37,314 bases of DNA from Planctomycetota bacterium (GTDB lineage: Bacteria; Planctomycetota; Phycisphaerae; Phycisphaerales; SM1A02): contig JADFSH010000022.1 in the NCBI GenBank assembly GCA_022560875.1, forward strand, positions 1-37,314. Direction: 5' to 3'. The position numbers were made by a program, and so were the translations under genes. The notes beneath the pieces were generated by a model. That model was not told where the DNA came from. It saw only the letters and a list, made by a program, of their open reading frames with translations, and ran no database searches. Positions 34,356-37,314 of this stretch are shown here, piece by piece. The stretch's first letter is position 1, and each line of letters begins with the position of its first letter.

Positions 34356-34383
34356 CCCGGAACAAGTCCCGAGAGGCTCAGCG
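34356..34383 (+). repeat. copy 3 of the conserved 3'-flank motif: cccggaacaaGtcccgagaggctcaGcg, 47 nt after the stop of the DUF2237 gene
   Basis: Seen directly. Together with copy 2 it brackets the DUF2237 gene as 28-nt imperfect direct repeats 587 nt apart. Confidence 0.55.
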
Positions 34384-34748
34384 TGTGTTTGGCTGGCCAT
34401 AGCAAGAGCGCGGACATCGGCGCGGTACGATCTCACGCTAGTGGAGTCGTCGGCAGATCGTGTGCGGACGCATTGGCATCGGTTGCCTGATGGATTGGTT
34501 GCAATCTGTGAAAACGACTGAAAACGGCCCTCAAAAGCGGGCTTTATTATACGATGAGAGCTATTTTGAACCTGAAATCAACTTCCGCCCGGAGTTAATG
34601 AATCAGTTCGGGTTGTGGTTTCATGCCGCGGCAAAACAGCCGATGGCTATTTCCGTGTCCCGGATCGGTGATTTTCGGACGTGTCGATGAGAACCGGCTA
34701 TCCTACCCTTCATGGAAAGCGAAGAGTTGACACACAAGGAGACATGAC

Positions 34749-36311
34749 ATGACCGGAATTATGCTACTGATCGGTGTTGTACTCGCCATTGCGATCGTCT
34801 CGGGGGCGATGCGGGTCGAGAGCAAGACGATTCGCGCCGTCGCTGTAGTCTTTGCGCTGGTGGTGTTTTTCATTTTCACGGCCCTCAGCTCGATCCGATA
34901 CGTCGGCGAGGATCAGGTCGGGGTCATCGTCAAGAACTTCGGGCGCGATCTGCCGCAGGGACAGATTCTCGCCACCGATGGCGAGAAGGGGCCGCAGGCC
35001 AGCGTACTCGGGCCGGGCTGGCATTTCTGGCTCTGGCCGGGCATCTACAACCTTGAAGTCTCGCCGCTTATCCAGATCGAGGCGGGGCAGGTCGGGCTGT
35101 TGACCACCACGGATGGCCTTCCGATGGCATCGGGAAATGTCTACGCGCCGGAATGGGGCGAAGATGATTTCGGCGACATGCAGAATGCTGAATACTTTCT
35201 CACCACGGGCGGTGGGTACAAGGGACCGCAGACCTCGGTGTTGACCCCGGGCAAGTACCGAATCAATCCCAAGCTTTTCAGGGTCAAGATGGTGGATGTG
35301 ACCAACGTGCCGAGGGCCAGCGTGGCCGTCATCAAGTCGAACGTGGGGAGCGTGCCTCCGGGCGGCATCGAGACCGGTCGCCTCGTGGATGACGATCAGC
35401 GCGGCATCCGTCGCCGGCCCCTGGCGGAAGGTGAGTATTACCTCAACACCGATGCCTACGAAGTGACGCTCATTGCCACCAGCGAGATCCTCATCGAGTT
35501 CACCGGGTCGGTCGGTGATGTGATCACTCGCTCGATCAAGGTCCGCACCAGCGATGCCTTCGAGTTTCCCGTGGATGTGCGAATCAAGTACGTGATCGAG
35601 CCGAAAAACGCGCCCATGGTGGTGGCGTCCCTTCGGGACGACAAGGAGGGCATGCTCAAGGTACTCCAGGGATCGCTTCGATCGATTTTTCGAAACAACG
35701 CCCAGAATGTCAAGGCCCTGGATTACGTCCAGCAGCGTATCCAGCAGGAGCAGACTTCGAAGGAGATGCTGTCTGCGGAAATGTCAAAGTACGGCATCAC
35801 CATCAACGCCGTGCTCATCGCCGATCTGGGTGATGACTCCGAGCGTTGGCAGGCTCTACTCAAGACGCAAACTGATCGGGAAATCGCGTTGCAGGAACAG
35901 GCGACCTTCCAGGAACAGGAGCGTGCCGCCGAGCAGAAGAAGGCCCTGCTCCGAACGGAGCAGGAGGCGATAGAGGAAAAACGCCTGGCCACTGCAATGT
36001 ACGAAGTCCTGATCGCCCAGCAGGACAAGGAGAAGGTTGTCATTGCCGCCAGCGCCGAGGCCGAATCGATCAGGATCAAGGCCGAGGCTCAGGCCGAGGC
36101 GTATCGGGTCATTGCCGAGCAGATCGGAAAGGGCAATGCCGCCCTCGTCGAACTCCTCAAGATCGTGGGCGAAGCCGGCATCAACATCACCCCCCGGGTC
36201 ATGGTCATCGGCCAGAACGGTGGGGGATCGGGTCAATCCGCCGAGACCACCGCCCTCATCGGCACCATGCTCGACAGCATGTTGAGTAAGCAGGAGACAG
36301 GGAAGAACTGA
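34749..36311 (+). CDS. flotillin-family SPFH/band-7 domain protein (FloT/YqiK-like)
   Basis: 520 aa. AAGGAG RBS 8 nt upstream. Two N-terminal hydrophobic helices. The SPFH domain starts at 'IRYVGEDQVGVIVKNFG'. A long C-terminal coiled coil with Ala/Glu-rich flotillin-type repeats ('AEAESIRIKAEAQAEAYRVIAEQIGKGNAALVELLKIVGEAG'). Confidence 0.85.
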   Translation: MTGIMLLIGVVLAIAIVSGAMRVESKTIRAVAVVFALVVFFIFTALSSIRYVGEDQVGVIVKNFGRDLPQGQILATDGEKGPQASVLGPGWHFWLWPGIYNLEVSPLIQIEAGQVGLLTTTDGLPMASGNVYAPEWGEDDFGDMQNAEYFLTTGGGYKGPQTSVLTPGKYRINPKLFRVKMVDVTNVPRASVAVIKSNVGSVPPGGIETGRLVDDDQRGIRRRPLAEGEYYLNTDAYEVTLIATSEILIEFTGSVGDVITRSIKVRTSDAFEFPVDVRIKYVIEPKNAPMVVASLRDDKEGMLKVLQGSLRSIFRNNAQNVKALDYVQQRIQQEQTSKEMLSAEMSKYGITINAVLIADLGDDSERWQALLKTQTDREIALQEQATFQEQERAAEQKKALLRTEQEAIEEKRLATAMYEVLIAQQDKEKVVIAASAEAESIRIKAEAQAEAYRVIAEQIGKGNAALVELLKIVGEAGINITPRVMVIGQNGGGSGQSAETTALIGTMLDSMLSKQETGKN

Positions 36312-36337
36312 GGGTTCTTTTCTGAGTGACAAATCCA

Positions 36338-36365
36338 TGGTCAAGCTCCGATGACTCCGCTTGAC
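36338..36365. terminator. possible hairpin (GGTCAAGC-N12-GCTTGACC) between the convergent flotillin and apt genes
   Basis: 8-bp inverted repeat seen directly. The loop is long (12 nt) and there is no clean U-tract on either strand, so its function is uncertain. Confidence 0.25.
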
Positions 36366-36386
36366 CATGCCACCCACTTCCGGGGG

Positions 36387-36906
36387 TCAGTACTTCAACA
36401 CCGCGTCAACCTTGTAGGGCAGGACGCGCTGGCGACCGTTGAGGAAGGTCAGTTCTATGAGCACGGAGATGCCCACGATCTCTCCCCCCAGGCCGCTGAC
36501 CAGATCGCAACACGCTTTCATGGTGCCTCCGGTGGCGATCAGGTCATCGACCATGAGCACCCGATGATGCTCCGCGATGGCGTCGGCATGGATCTCCAGG
36601 GTGTCGGTTCCATATTCGAGGTCATAGGTCAGCGACTTGGTGGCGGCGGGGAGCTTGCCCGGCTTGCGCACTGGAATGAAACCGCAGTTCAGCAATTGGG
36701 CGATGGCGGTGCCGAAGATGAACCCGCGTGATTCGGCCCCGACCACGAGATCGATGCCGGTATTTCGCAGGTGATCGGCCATCAGTTCGACGGCAAGAGC
36801 CAGTCCGGCGGGGTCGGCGAGCAGGGGGGTGATGTCCTTGAAGAGGACGCCCGGTTTGGGGAAGTCGGGAATGTCGCGGATCAGTGCTTTGAGTCTGTGG
36901 GGCATG
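36387..36906 (-). CDS. apt: adenine phosphoribosyltransferase
   Basis: ORF 36387..37022; ATG 36906 gives 173 aa. 'IPDFPKPGVLFKDITPLL' is the APRT N-terminal signature. 'VLMVDDLIATGGTMKA' is the PRPP-binding motif. The C-terminus is typical. Confidence 0.9.
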
Positions 36907-37045
36907 ATCTCAGTCTCGACCGTTGGGGCGGTAGTTTCGCTCATATCTCGCAGGATAGCGTATCTTGAGTCTTTCGCATTCGACATTTTCACGATGGAAA
37001 GAACTCCCCTGTCTCCCGCCACCCTCTGGAGTATGATGAGCCAAT

Positions 37046-37314
37046 ATGGCTAAATCAGAACCTGCGACGAAGAAACTGGAAACCGTCGAGCCGATCGGCA
37101 ATCGAGTCCTGATCCGCAAGGACAAGGACAAGAAGATAACCAAGGTCGGCATCCACCTGCCGGACAAGATCGAAATCCCCACCCTCACGGGCCGGATCGT
37201 GGCGATCAGCTTCCAGGTGGAGAACGATGAGGATTATCCGATCAAGCAGTACGACCGCGTTCTGTTCAACCCCAAGAACAGCATCCCCGTGGACTTCGAG
37301 GGCGACAACCAGCT
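37046..37314 (+). CDS. groES: co-chaperonin GroES/Cpn10-family protein (divergent; 3' end beyond window)
   Basis: ATG 37046, open to the window end (no stop, so absent from the ORF track). 'VEPIGNRVLIRKDKDKKITKVGIHLPDK...TGRIVAISF...YDRVLFNPKNSIPVDFEGDN' aligns block-for-block with GroES (PLgDRVlVkrxEeExKTaGGIvLPdsakek...GeVvAvG...GDkVlFskyagtevkidGee). The mobile-loop GG is replaced (VGI). Confidence 0.55.
   Translation, partial: MAKSEPATKKLETVEPIGNRVLIRKDKDKKITKVGIHLPDKIEIPTLTGRIVAISFQVENDEDYPIKQYDRVLFNPKNSIPVDFEGDNQ

Noticed and set aside
32283-34383. Interpreting the three gene-plus-3'-motif units as an integron-like cassette array
   Set aside because: The motif is short, not an imperfect inverted repeat like attC, and lacks the GTTRRRY core. 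No intI is present. The analogy is mentioned in the findings only as something to test.
34460-34690. 76-aa ORF upstream of flotillin
   Set aside because: Lies in a low-GC, repeat-containing putative regulatory region. No RBS and no motif. Kept only as part of a finding about the leader.
36907-37045. CIRCE/HrcA operator upstream of the groES-like gene
   Set aside because: Looked for TTAGCACTC-N9-GAGTGCTAA or a close variant and found none. Only unrelated short repeats are present.
1-37314. Searched for CRISPR arrays, integrase/transposase/IS terminal inverted repeats, toxin-antitoxin pairs, restriction-modification or other defence-system signatures, rRNA genes and riboswitch-like leaders
   Set aside because: None found by eye. 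There are no regularly spaced direct repeats with unique spacers and no recombinase-like ORFs. The gene content is overwhelmingly housekeeping, so I do not claim a novel defence or mobile system in this window.

Overview
This 37.3 kb window is GC-rich (roughly 60% by eye) and densely coding. It reads as core bacterial chromosome, most likely from a Planctomycetes/PVC-type organism. That lineage call is inference from dockerin-tailed beta-helix proteins, an HpnCDE squalene operon and a fragmented dcw cluster. About 30 genes are recognisable: tRNA-Met(CAU); pyrG-kdsB plus a TPR protein; def-fmt followed by a translationally coupled HExxH zincin-like ORF; queA; murE-murF-mraY; a membrane thioredoxin; an RluD-type pseudouridine synthase; an APH-like kinase divergent from a Cof-type HAD phosphatase and a ~1143-aa divergent indolepyruvate:ferredoxin oxidoreductase (IOR)-family protein; rlmN-ispH divergent from hpnC-hpnD-hpnE; sthA; 4-hydroxyphenylpyruvate dioxygenase (HppD); two tandem paralogous secreted parallel beta-helix proteins with chlamydial-Pmp-like GGG[MIL]/FxxN repeats and twin C-terminal dockerin modules; a DUF2237 protein; a flotillin; apt; and a partial groES-like gene at the window end. 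No CRISPR array, integrase, transposase or recognisable defence system was seen. The most unusual material is: (i) the tandem Pmp-like/dockerin gene pair, with a conserved 'CCCGAGAGGCTCA' motif immediately downstream of three consecutive same-strand genes; (ii) the large IOR homologue whose ThDP GDG motif is replaced; (iii) the small HExxH protein fused into the def-fmt operon; (iv) a G-quadruplex-grade G-tract cluster after mraY. The many long ORFs antisense to bona fide genes are interpreted as high-GC shadow ORFs. All calls come from reading motifs in the translated ORFs and the DNA; no database search was possible.
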